From the NCBI GenBank assembly GCA_002269645.1, contig NIVC01000028.1, positions 62,001 to 126,000 of the forward strand: a stretch of 64,000 nucleotides of DNA, read 5' to 3'. How positions within the stretch are numbered: position 1 is the stretch's first letter; the number at the start of each line of letters is the position of its first letter. The notes below the pieces were generated by a model that made no database searches, was not told where the DNA came from, and saw only the letters and a program-made list of their open reading frames with translations. The stretch is from Macrostomum lignano (taxonomy: Eukaryota). Positions 42,290 to 53,361 of the stretch are shown here, one piece after another. The position numbers were made by a program, and so were the translations under genes.

Positions 42290-45200
42290 TATTAATTTAT
42301 TGATTTATTGATTAATTGGTTAATTGATTGATTGCTTGATTGCTCGATTGCTTGATTGCTTGATTGCTTGATTGATGGATTGATTGATTGGTTGATTGAT
42401 TCACTCACCCCGGTAGTCGGTGATAGCAGCCTTATTAACTTGTCGCTGATCCTCAGGCCTGAAGAAATCTCCCACAGCCCTCTGGTCGATGACGGCGCCG
42501 CATTTAACCAAGAGTTTCACCAGTTCCAGGTCTTTGTTCATGACGGCCATGTGAAGCGATGAGTGGCCTGATTTGTGCAATTAGGTTTTTTATTTGTGAC
42601 AAGGTTTATTCAGATTCTTTTGATGATGTCATATTACTTCGATCACTCAAGAATCTACGCTCGTAACCCGCTGTTTAACTCCACTTTTCTTGTACTTTTA
42701 CTATGTAGAAAGATAAAAACCTTCGTTGACAAAAATTCAATGCTTTTCATCTCCCATCTTCTAAAGCCTTCCTTTAAACCCTCTTTCTGAAAAAATCTCG
42801 CAATAAAAATCTGGTAGACTACTTTGGAATATGAAAAAAACTTCTTTTGTACTTCTGTCCCTTTGTCGCGTCCCATTGTTCCTTGCTCAGGGTGAACTAT
42901 AGCTGTGTCAAATCTGACTTTCATTGTTTGAGTTCTCAAACTTCGTCAATTTATTCGCTGCATACGAAGGCTATTTTTATACTTGAAGGACTGTTAAACT
43001 TCAGAAAATCACACTACCAGCTTTGTCTCACTAAAGTACTCCCAGCTCATGAGCATCCCATCGAGCTGCAGCCTCACCAAAGTACTCCCAGCTCACGAGC
43101 ATCTCATAGATCTCCAGTCTCACCAAAGTACTCCCAGCTCATGAGCATCCCATCGAGCTGCAGCCTCACCAAAGTACTCCCAGCTCATGAGCATCCCATA
43201 GATCTCCAGTCTCACCAAAGTACTCCCAGCTCATGAGCATCCCATCGAGCTGCAGTCTCGCCAAAGTACTCCCAGCTCATGAGCATCCCATCGAGCTGCA
43301 GCCTCACCAAAGTACTCCCAGCTCACGAGCATCTCATAGATCTCCAGTCTCACCAAAGTACTCCTAGCTCATGAGCATCCCATCGAGCTGCAGCCTCACC
43401 AAAGTACTCCCAGCTCACGAGCATCTCATAGATCTCCAGTCTCACCAAAGTACTCCCAGCTCATGAGCATCCCATCGAGCTGCAGCCTCACCAAAGTACT
43501 CCCAGCTCATGAGCATCCCATAGATCTCCAGTCTCACCAAAGTACTCCCAGCTCATGAGCATCCCATCGAGCTGCAGTCTCACCAAAGTACTCCCAGCTC
43601 ATGAGCATCCCATCGAGCTGCAGCCTCACCAAAGTACTCCCAGCTCACGAGCATCTCATAGATCTCCAGTCTCACCAAAGTACTCCCAGCTCATGAGCAT
43701 CCCATCGAGCTGCAGCCTCACCAAAGTACTCCCAGCTCACGAGCATCTCATAGATCTCCAGTCTCACCAAAGTACTCCCAGCTCATGAGCATCCCATCGA
43801 GCTGCAGTCTCACCAAAGTACTCCCAGCTCATGAGCATCCCATAGATCTCCAGTCTCACCAAAGTACTCCCAGCTCACGAGCATCTCATAGATCTCCAGT
43901 CTCACCAAAGTACTCCCAGCTCATGAGCATCCCATCGAGCTGCAGTCTCACCAAAGTACTCCCAGCTCATGAGCATCCCATAGATCTCCAGTCTCACCAA
44001 AGTACTCCTAGCTCATGAGCATCCCATCGAGCTGCAGTCTCACCAAAGTACTCCCAGCTCATGAGCATCTCATAGATCTCCAGTCTCACCAAAGTACTCC
44101 CAGCTCACGAGCATCTCATAGATCTCCAGTCTCACCGAAGTACTCCCAGCTCACGAGCATCTCATAGATCTCCAGTCTCACCAAAGTACTCCCAGCTCAC
44201 GAGCATCCCATCGATCTCCAGTCTCACCAAAGTACTCCCAGCCGATGAAGAAGTCCACGGCCAGGTTAGGAAAGACGCTGAGCAGAGCTTTTGCCAGCTG
44301 CCTGTGCAGAGGCGAGTCGCAGACAAGGCACAGGTGCAGAAGGGTTTCACCGTACATGCCTCGCTGCTCAATGTCCCAGCAGACTCTGTGCCGGGAGTTG
44401 TCGGGGTACACGGGCCTCACGCAGTCGTAGAGGTAATCAGGCACCTGCTGTTCCTCTTCAAGCACTGGCGGATGCGGCGGCGGAGGCTGAGGCTGGCGTT
44501 CGCAGACTTCGTGAGTAGCGGCCGACTGAGCAGCCACCGACTGTCTGCGGTGAACTCCGTTTTTGCGGTGCTCCTGGAGGGTGAATTGACAAGATCGCTT
44601 CATTTTAATGAATACGCATTTAAACAAAAAAGTTGATAATATTTTGACACTGAAATAATCTATTCAAAAAAAACCATAATAGTGATGGTTTTTTAAATTA
44701 ACTGACATTAAAAAATGTCAGCATTTATTTAAAAAATCTTTCCTAGAAATCTATAGAACGTGAAAAATCCTTTAAAGTCATGATCATTACAAGAAATAAC
44801 TGTTTTCAAATATCATTCATCATAGATATAGTTCCTAAAAATCGATTTTTTAGAAGACATCATTATTAGACATCATCATTATTTGAAATCATTTTCCTAG
44901 AAATATTATCTTAGAAATAATCATTCTTAGAAATCATCATTCTTAGAAATCATTATTCTAAGAAACCATCATTCTAAGAAATCAGTTCTTAGAAATCATT
45001 AGTCTTAAAAGTCATCTTTCTTAGAAATGATCGTTCTTAGAAGTAATCGTTCTTAGAAATCAACATTCTTAGAAATCATCTTAGAAATTATCTATCTTGG
45101 AAATAATTCTTTAAAATGCCAATTCTTAGAAATCATCATTCTTAAAAATCGTTATCATTCCTCACCCTTGCTTCGCTGTCGACATCTTCAGAGTCTTCGA

Positions 45201-45831
45201 CATCCTGCAGCACCTCGTCAGCCGTGGTGACGGCGGTTCTGCTTGACCGCAACGAGTCGGCAATTGTGGCGGCGGGGCCGGTGGCACCGGCGGCCATCCC
45301 AGAAGCAGGCGCCGCTGCCTCATCGCTAGCCAAGCCGACCTGGCGCAGCCTCCCAGCGATCAGCTCGGCGCCGGAGACCTCCCGACCGGCGCCTCCGTTA
45401 TAGAGAAACGGCGCCACCTCGGTGAGGATCAGCGCCCTGGCGCCGGCGATCCCGCCTGATTCGTAGGCTTCGACCAGTCGACCGCCGCCCTGAAGGTCCA
45501 GCAGCTGGTAGATCGGCCGGCTCCGGATCAGGGCGCCGTGATGGGACCAGCACTGCTCCCAGACGATCTCTGAGCTCAGCTGACGCCGACTGCAGCAGCA
45601 GGGACAGCAGCAGCAGCCACCGCCACCGCCGCCGCCTTCTCGGCTGTCATTCATCCCGAAGCCGGCAGAGTCACCGGCTTCAGCGATGCTGAGCTTGCGC
45701 CATTCGGTGTCTTCTATTGCTGCTGCTGTTGTTGTTGCTTTCTCTTTTCCTTGCTGCTTGGCGCTGCGAATTCTGCACAGAGTGGCTTTGAGGAGGCTCA
45801 GGCAGGAGACAGGACAGCCGCACTCGTTCAT
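32839..45831 (-). CDS. osm-9: TRPV cation channel, OSM-9/Inactive type, 13 coding exons, ~1149 aa
   Basis: Exons 45831-45166, 44573-44228, 42567-42409, 41886-41732, 41446-41105, 40310-40116, 39484-39359, 38670-38492, 37893-37784, 37134-37022, 35376-35215, 34676-34500 and 33558-32839 (3450 nt, all GT-AG, phases consistent). Ankyrins [15 protein letters not shown] and GNSVLHML; [13 protein letters not shown]; [10 protein letters not shown]; pore MTLGD; S6 [14 protein letters not shown]; [10 protein letters not shown]. The start codon is the least certain part. Confidence 0.93.
33685..34405. repeat. 11-bp minisatellite (TAACCTGTATC) in TRPV intron 12, interrupted by a SINE
   Basis: Arrays at ~33685-33884 and ~34250-34405. 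Confidence 0.9.
33885..34249 (-). mobile_element. Full-length tRNA-derived SINE (365 bp) with a 13-bp TSD
   Basis: Minus-strand head GGGGGCCGTAGCCCAGCGGTAGCGC (A box TAGCCCAGCGG) and B box GGCTCGATTCC (34198-34188); A-rich tail; TSD TAACTTGTATCTA at 33872-33884 and 34250-34262. Confidence 0.92.
37228..37665. repeat. 28-bp minisatellite (GCCAGCCTCCCAGATCTCCAGTTGCTGG), TRPV intron 9
   Basis: About 15 copies. Confidence 0.95.
38020..38435. repeat. 40-bp minisatellite, TRPV intron 8
   Basis: Unit AATTCCGTCCCCCAATGTACACAGTCTCACGGCCTGCTT(G/A), ~10 copies. Confidence 0.95.
38718..39275. repeat. 15-bp minisatellite (TTAGCACCTGGGGCT), TRPV intron 7
   Basis: About 37 near-perfect copies. Confidence 0.97.
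39625..40100. repeat. Degenerate 21-bp minisatellite (ACAGAAACTGTTAGATAAA(C/G)), TRPV intron 6
   Basis: Recurring AAACTGTTAGA core. Confidence 0.85.
40615..41030. repeat. 20/22-bp minisatellite (CCTGTCTCACAGGTACCA(CA)CA), TRPV intron 5
   Basis: About 19 copies. Confidence 0.95.
41920..42400. repeat. Compound (GATT)n/(GCTTGATT)n microsatellite with an internal 200-bp block duplication, TRPV intron 3
   Basis: The landmark ATGAAATGATGG occurs at 42031 and 42231 with matching flanks. Confidence 0.9.
43027..44243 (-). repeat. 46-bp minisatellite, ~26 copies, TRPV intron 2, built from the exon 2 donor junction
   Basis: The minus-strand unit contains GCTGGGAGTACTTTG|GTGAG, identical to the true junction at 44228/44227. 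Confidence 0.96.
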
Positions 45832-45887
45832 GGGCCTCTCATGGGCGCGTGGCAGGCGTATTCACGGACTCACGGCTGAGGACGGCA

Positions 45888-46075
45888 GACTCACCTGGTT
45901 GAGAAGGCAAAGTGAGACACAGTGAGCGGACAGGTGGACTCACACAGATGGGGGATCACAGACTCACCTGGTTGAGAAGGCAAAGTGAGACACAGTGAGG
46001 GGACAGGTGGACTCACACAGATGGGGGATCACAGACTCACCTGGTTGAGAAGGCGAAGTGAGACAATGAGCGGAC
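45888..46075 (-). repeat. 73-bp tandem repeat (three junction copies) upstream of the TRPV start codon
   Basis: GACTCACCTGGTTGAGAAGG at 45888, 45961 and 46034. Confidence 0.9.
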
Positions 46076-46699
46076 AGGTCTCACTCAGGCAGCCACAGAA
46101 GTTTCCCAGCCTCAGAGTTGCTTGGGTTCCGCTTATTCTACTCCTGTCTCAGCGGCCGCAGCTGCACTCTTTGGGGAAGAGTTTGTGATGGAGACGCAGT
46201 CAGGGGGGGGGGATGCACAAAAGCCGGGCAAGTCCGCAAAGACTATTGGGGAGCAGCTTCTCAACCTTCTCTCCTCAGTTCTTTCTCTCCCCGTTCTGCC
46301 AGCTCCCCTCTCCTCTATTGCTGGCCGGGCGGGCAGGGCAGAAGGCGGAGGGCGGCACTGGCGGAGTTGCTAATGAAAACCTGGGCCGATATTCCTTGGC
46401 AACAGCCAACCGAACTCCGTTGAGCAGCCCAGCCTCCCGACCCGCGCCTTTTGTCTTAAACAAACTGAGCTGTCCCCACCCGCCGCCCGGCCGCCTTCAC
46501 CCCACCGCTGCCCACTGCTCAAAATTTTCTCCGCCAGTTTTTGTCAGCCGTAGAAAGACTGAGCACCCACCCGGGATGAGGCTGAGACCAGGCTGGGTGG
46601 GCCCTCCGGACTAAGTCCTGCCTTTTCCAAGTCTGCTCTTAGAAAATTAACAGACAGAAACCGGGCGGAGACGCTAAGGACAACGGGGTAAGGGAACTG

Positions 46700-46726
46700 G
46701 ACAGACAGACAGACAGACAGACACTA

Positions 46727-46759
<33 letters not shown>

Positions 46760-46762
46760 CTA

Positions 46763-46803
<41 letters not shown>

Positions 46804-46838
46804 CACACACACACAGACAGACAGACAGACACACACAC

Positions 46839-46913
<75 letters not shown>

Positions 46914-46942
46914 CACACACACAGACAGACAGACACACACAC

Positions 46943-46977
<35 letters not shown>

Positions 46978-46978
46978 C
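46700..46978 (+). repeat. (AGAC)n microsatellite with (AC)n interruptions
   Basis: Direct inspection. Confidence 0.97.
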
Positions 46979-46999
46979 TGTACATTGGCCAAGGAGAGG

Positions 47000-48051
47000 G
47001 GAGCACGAACTTTGCCAGCCGGAAAGTTGCCAGCCAAAAACTTTGCCAGCCGAGAAAATTTGCAGCAAGAGAGATAACAGCTCAGAATTTCATCAGCTGT
47101 CCAATGTTACAATAATAAATATTAAATTTTAACAGTTAAAGCCTGAAGTATACTAATATATTTATTTATTCGATTATGCGGCGCTGCAAAAACGTGTTTA
47201 AAAAACTTTTAGCAATTGAATACGGTACATGTGGCTAAAAACAAGAGTATACTTGCGTCCTGCAAATTTTGTTGCAAAATGATTGAAGCAGTTGAGTTCA
47301 GTTTTGCTTGGTACGCATGTAAATACGCTTGTACATATTACTATACACGACTATATGTCTTTAGAAAGCTAAGACAAGGCAAGGACGGACAGTCAAACAA
47401 ACCCCTCAGAACCCCCCACCCCTTTATCCTCGGCTGAGTGGAACGCTAGGGGCCGGCGCTCCCACGCAGGAAGAATTAATTGATGTGAGAAAATCGAAGG
47501 CAAAAGTGGGGCGCTTGGCTATGATTGGTTGGCGGTGTAGCGGATTGGGGTGGGTTGGCCTTGGCCTTCTCCAGTCTTTAGGGAGGATGCAGTTTATTAG
47601 CCTTATAGTATACGAGCTACATTTACTCAGTTGCTCTTTAGAAATTGTGCAATTATATTATTATTACCAAGCAAAACTGAGCTCAACTGCCACATGCATT
47701 CAACTGCTGAATTTTTTTTAAAATACAGGTCTTTTATGCAGCCTAACCGAATAAAAATGTTTACTTTAGCTCTTCAATTGATTATAATTGTAAAATTAGA
47801 CAGCTGATGAAATTCTAAGCTGGTATCTCTCTAGCTGCAAATTTTCTCGGCTGGCAACTTTCCGGCTGGCAATTTTCCGGCTGGCAACTTTCCCGCTGGC
47901 AACTTTCCGGCTGGCAACTTTCCGGCTGGCAACTTTCCGGCTGGCAACTTTCCGGCTGGCAACTTTCCGGCTGGCAACTTTCCGGCTGGCAACTTTCCGG
48001 CTGGCAACTTTCCGGCTGGCAACTTTCCGGCTGGCAACGTTCTTAGACTCC
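47000..48051. mobile_element. Non-autonomous Mutator/foldback-like DNA transposon (1052 bp)
   Basis: Termini GGAG...CTCC; flanking 9-mers AAGGAGAGG (46991-46999) and TAGGAGAGG (48052-48060); long imperfect TIRs (47000-47120 vs 47780-48051) containing a 15-bp subrepeat CTTTCCGGCTGGCAA (3 copies left, ~13 right); no ORF. Confidence 0.8.
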
Positions 48052-48523
48052 TAGGAGAGGCCTAAATTGTTGAACTGAGCAATGAAATTTAGAAACGGGG
48101 CGCCTATTAAAAGCATTAAAAATAGTTTTTCGAATATTTGACCCACTTCCAATTCGAATTTTTCATCAAAAGAAGATGTGCATGATCGCCGAAAAATTGC
48201 ACGTTGTTCGTTAGTGCTCTGAGCCACTGCGCTTCTAGTGGACGCGAAATACTAGGAAAAGCAGGCCACAGCTCCAAGTCTCAGACTATTTAAAAAACTT
48301 ACTAGCACGTAATTGCTTTTGAATTTCGGTATCCCTTTACTGCAATTACAACCGTATTCAAGCTAACTTTGATCGTTTGAAATAAATAACCCTGTCTACT
48401 CCATGCCTAGAAGTTGCACATGGTTGCACAATTGCTTCAGTCAAAAGCATACAAGTCTACTGCTCTAAGTAGCACGAAGCAAGAATTCTAAGAAAAGCTA
48501 CCATTGCAGCTCCTTCTGCCGCC

Positions 48524-48530
48524 TATAAAA
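48524..48530 (+). promoter_or_regulatory. Putative TATA box of the ankyrin-kinase gene
   Basis: GCCTATAAAATC lies ~80 bp upstream of the ATG at 48608. Confidence 0.55.
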
Positions 48531-48607
48531 TCTGCTGCAGTTGAGACCGCCGCTCTGAGCTGCTCTGAGCTGAGACACATGTGACTGCAAGCACCGAGTC
48601 ATTCGAA

Positions 48608-51600
48608 ATGTTAAAACAATCGATTATTGGATTTCCGTTTGAAAAAGTAAGTGTTACAGGACCTTGAATGTGCAGCTTGGGTGCCTCAATTGCAGTTGCA
48701 GGAACTCACTCACATGTTTGAATGTGCAGCTTGGGTGCCTCAATTGCAGTTGCAGGAACTCACTCACATGTTTGAATGTGCAGCTTGGGTGCCTCAATTG
48801 CAGTTGCAGTACCTCACTCACATGTTTAAATGTGCAGCTTGGGTGACTCAATTGCAGTTGCAGGAACTCACTCACATGTTTGAATGTGCAGCTTGGGTGC
48901 CTCAATTGCAGTTGCAGGAACTCACTCACATGTTTGAATGTGCAGCTTGGGTGCCTCAATTTCAGTTTCAGGAACTCACTCAGCCGGACCCCACCAACCG
49001 GGTAAGCGTCGGAGACTCACCAGCCGCTCTCGAGAATCTCGCTCACGACGTCATCCGAGGTGACTTCGACCAGGTGCGGCGGCTGGCGACGCGCCAGCTG
49101 GTCACCAGCGCTGATGCAGCTCGTCGGACCGTCCTCATGCAGGTGGCCGACGCTCCTGAGACTCCCGTGCAGACTGAAAAGTGCATCCTGTACTTATTTG
49201 AGCTGGGCGCGAACCCCAAGGCGGCTGACGCGAACGGCGACACGGCTGCGCACCTGGCAGCCCGACGGGACCACCTGCGGCTGCTGACGCTGCTGTCGTT
49301 CGATGTGAAGTGGCTGCGGAACGACAACGGCGCCACTCCGCTGATGGAGGCGGCGCGGACTGGAAGCTGGAAATGCGCCAAGCACCTGCTGCACCTGCTC
49401 AGGCAGACAAAGTTCAATGAGTGCGAGGAGCACGGAAACTCGAAGAGGTCGCGGCTGCTCGGTCTTGAGGATCGCGAGAGTCGGACGGCGTCGGACCTGG
49501 CGAGGCTCAGCGGCCACTCAGAGCTGGCCAGCTACATCGAGCGGTGAGTGAGCAGTTCGCTGCTGTGTCCAATTTTGGAGCAATCGGCTGCGTGTGAAAG
49601 GTCGGATGCGCTCTCTCCAATGCTGATTATAGCAGAACTGCTGCAGTCCTCTTGGCGACTCTATCTGCGAGCAGCTCAGAAATTTCGGAATTTCTAGAAT
49701 TTAATTTTGGCCATCATAGTTGGCCGATTTAAGAAAATTGCAAATTCGCTGCTCATTTTGCTGTTGCAGGGAGATGCGGCTGGTTGTGGATGCACACGGA
49801 AGGATCTCCGGTCTGACAGCTCAGGTGAGCGGCATCTGCAGTGCCGATGCGGCCGCAGCTGAGCAGCTGTGCTCAAATTTCCCGCTCGCCTTTGCAGGAG
49901 GAGGCGGATCGACAAGCGGTCACCAGCGGAAGCTGGGACCTGCCTGAGGGATGGGGCTTCACCAAGTTGATGTTGGCAGCTCAGAATACCTCGTGCAGTG
50001 ATGAGGCTCTGTGGGAGCAGCAGGTGCAGCTGGGCGACCCCACCTGTGCGAATGTATCGGCTGAAAGTTGTCTGCACCATGCAGCCAGGGCTGGTAATTC
50101 TGCCGCAGCCTCCGCTCTGCTGGCTGCCGGAGCCTCCGCCAATGCCAGGGGTCTGTATGAATTTACGCCGCTTATGCAGACAGCCAGCTGGGCACCCCCC
50201 GACACCGCCGATGCAGTCGGTCGGGTTCTGCTGGACTCAGGGGCGGATTGGAGCCTGAAGGACTGTCAGGGGAAGACTGCGCTGGAATTGGCCACAGTGA
50301 ATCGAAGAACCAAACTGGCTGAGCTGCTGCGTGGGTGAGTTTCTATTAAGAATACATATTGTCTCTCTGACTTGCACCTGTGTCTCTGAGCTCTTTATGA
50401 TTTGTGATTTCTCTTTTAAAATGTATTCCTCTTTTTTATCGCCTGTTTCAGCTTTGAAGAGAGGAACTTCTTCGACGAGTCTCCGTGAGTTAGCTACAGC
50501 ACACACAGCTACAGCACACACAGCTACAGCACACACAGCTACAGCACACACAGCTACAGCACACACAGCTACAGCACACACAGCTACAGCACACACAGCT
50601 ACAGAACACACAGCTACAGCACACACAGCTACAGCACACAGCTACAGCACACACAGCTACAGCACACACAGCTACAGCACACACAGCTACAGCACACACA
50701 GCTACAGCACACACAGCTACAGCACAAGGCTACAGCACACACAGCTACAGCACACACAGCAACAGCACACACAGCTACAGCACGCAGCTACAGCACACAC
50801 AGCTACAGCACACACAGCTACAGCACACACAGCTACAGCACACACAGCTACAGCACACACAGCTACAGCACACACAGCTACAGCACACACTGCTACAGCA
50901 CACACAGCTACAGCACACACAGCTACAGCACACACAGCTACAGCACACACAGCTACAGCACACACAGCTACAGCATGCAAATTATCCCTCATTGCTTCAA
51001 TTCGCATCCCCTCAGACCCGAAGGCCCCCCGTTTCTAAAGCGCTGGGACGTCGTTCGCCTTATTTTCCGCGGAGGCTTCGGCGAAGTCCACGAAGTTCGA
51101 ACCGACACGGGCGTCATGTGCGCTGCCAAGACTCTCAGACTGCCGGTGCAGCTCGGTGATGAGCTGCCCTCTGTGAGCACAGAGATTCAAAGATCTGTCG
51201 AGAGCGAGAGAAACCTGTGCCGACTGCGGCATCCCAACATCGTCAGGTTCTTGCACATCGCTCAGCCGGAGCCCGCCATAGTCGTTGTGTTCATGGAGCT
51301 GCTGGACGGCCGAAGCTTGGAGAGATTTATCGACAACAAGCCGCTGGACGAGCCAAAGATTCGAGACTTCAGTGAGCAGGTGAGCATTGTGCATCCTTGA
51401 TGCTCCTGTTCCATGTTCTCATGAATGATGACTGCTCACTGACCGACCACTCGCAGATCTGCCGCGCGCTGCTCTACCTGCACAGCCGGCAGCCGCCCGT
51501 GATCCACAGAGACATCAACTGCTCGAACATAATTGTTTGTGCTGACAACACGCGAATCAAGCTGATCGACTTCGGCCTGGCAATCAAACTGGAGTCAGTC

Positions 51601-51990
51601 AGCCACGTCTCAGCCTCCACTCAGTCACCTAAAGGCACTCTGAACTTCATGGCACCAGAGCTGCTCGGAGCGGGAGAGTCGGACAGCGTGCAGTACAGCA
51701 GAGAGTCGGACATCTGGGCGTTCGGCTGCTCGGTCTTCCAGATGGCCTCCGGCGTGAGACCGTTCGCGAACGTTGGAAGCTTCATAGAAATGATCCAGCT
51801 GATCGACAAGAGGGGCGTCCCCGCCCTGCCGGACGGCCGGTCCGCAGAGCTGAGGGATTTCTACAGCCGCTGCACCGCCAAGGACTGCAGGAAGAGAAGA
51901 TCCGCAGTGGAGCTGCTGGAGCACGAGTTCCTGCGTGGCGGGAAGCTAAAAAAGGGACTCTTGAGCTCGCTTCTTGGCGAAAGGAAATGA
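48608..51990 (+). CDS. Ankyrin-repeat-containing Ser/Thr protein kinase (MEKK/STE11-like kinase domain), intact, ~677 aa
   Basis: Exons 48608-48646, 48972-49543, 49770-49824, 49898-50334, 50452-50484, 51016-51379 and 51457-51990 (2034 nt, open). Two ankyrin clusters; kinase motifs RGGFGEV, AAK, HPNIV, HRDINCSN, DFG, GTLNFMAPE and SDIWAFGCSVFQMASG. Confidence 0.88.
48660..48982 (+). repeat. 54-bp tandem repeat x6 spanning the intron 1 acceptor
   Basis: Unit GCAGCTTGGGTGCCTCAATTGCAGTTGCAG|GAACTCACTCACATGTTTGAATGT; AG ends at 48701, 48755, 48809, 48863, 48917 and 48971. Confidence 0.95.
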
Positions 51991-52289
51991 GAGAAACTGA
52001 TCTAATTAATTGTTGGCTTGCTTTAATTCAGATCCAACAGCCGTTTGAATCTCAGCAAACCCGTTCTGCTCACGCCATGTTCAGCATAGACTGCTTTCGC
52101 CTGCTGTTTAGAGACTGGCAGGGATTGTTTTTCTTTTTGTGGTTGAAAGCTGATGCGGCTTGAGGAGTTTCAGCCTTGAATAATACTGAAAATTTTATCC
52201 TATAAGCCGATCCTACGCCACTTTTTTATTGTGGCCTTTGTAGTACCTCTAGCTTTGCACCCACCCCATCATCTCATTTGGGGTTGATA

Positions 52290-52870
52290 CAAAGTTTAAT
52301 ATAGCCTTTAGTAGATTTTGTTTTACTACAAACTTTAATATAGCCTTTAGTAGATCTTGTTTTACTACAAACTTTAATATAGCCTTTAGTAGATTTTGTT
52401 TTAATGCAAACTTTAATATAGCCTTTAGTAGATCTTGTTTTACTACAAACTTTAATATAGCCTTTAGTAGATCTTGTTTTACTACAAACTTTAATATAGC
52501 CTTTAGTAGATTTTGTTTGAATACAAACTTTAATATAGCCTTTAGTAGATCTTGTTTTACTACAAACTTTAATATAGCCTTTAGTAGATTTTGTTTTAAT
52601 GCAAACTTTAATATAGCCTTTAGTAGATCTTGTTTTACTACAAACTTTAATATAGCCTTTAGTAGATTTTGTTTTACTACAAACTTTAATATAGCCTTTA
52701 GTAGATCTTGTTTTACTACAAACTTTAATATAGCCTTTAGTAGATTTTGTTTGAATACAAACTTTAATATAGCCTTTAGTAGATCTTGTTTTACTACAAA
52801 CTTTAATATAGCCTTTAGTAGATTAAGTTTGAATACAAACTTTAATATAGCCTTTAGTAGATCTTGTTTT
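52290..52870. repeat. 39-bp AT-rich minisatellite, ~15 copies
   Basis: Unit AAACTTTAATATAGCCTTTAGTAGAT(C/T)TTGTTTTACTAC. Confidence 0.96.
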
Positions 52871-53361
52871 GACACAAAGCTTAATCTAACCTTCCGAAGA
52901 CTTGATTTTGATACAAAGTTTAATTTATTGTTATTAAACTGGCTTCCCTGGACTCAGGCTCACAAAATGTTAAAATAATGTTTTTTTGTCAGCTGCCGAA
53001 CTCAAATATAAAAAAGTGCAGACTGCTGTGTTAGAAACGAGGTGTCGAGCATTCTTCTTTTGCTTCTCAGCTAAGCTATGCATAAAATAGCGGGGGTTTT
53101 AGAGAGTAGAAACCCACGGAAAGACAATGAAGCTCACTATTTAGGCAGAGCTATGGCTAGAAGTGCTTGCTAATTAAGCAGGTTGGCGGCAGGTGCAGAG
53201 GAGGCGGGGAGACAGAGAGTTGCCACCGCCCATTGCACAGAAACTGCAGCTCTGAGATGCCTCAACTCATTCTCCGTTCCAGCTTATGATCTCAATTCTC
53301 CATCAGTTACACAGCGGCTGCTAATGCTGTTAAATTTTATGAGCCATTAGTTTCGAATTTG

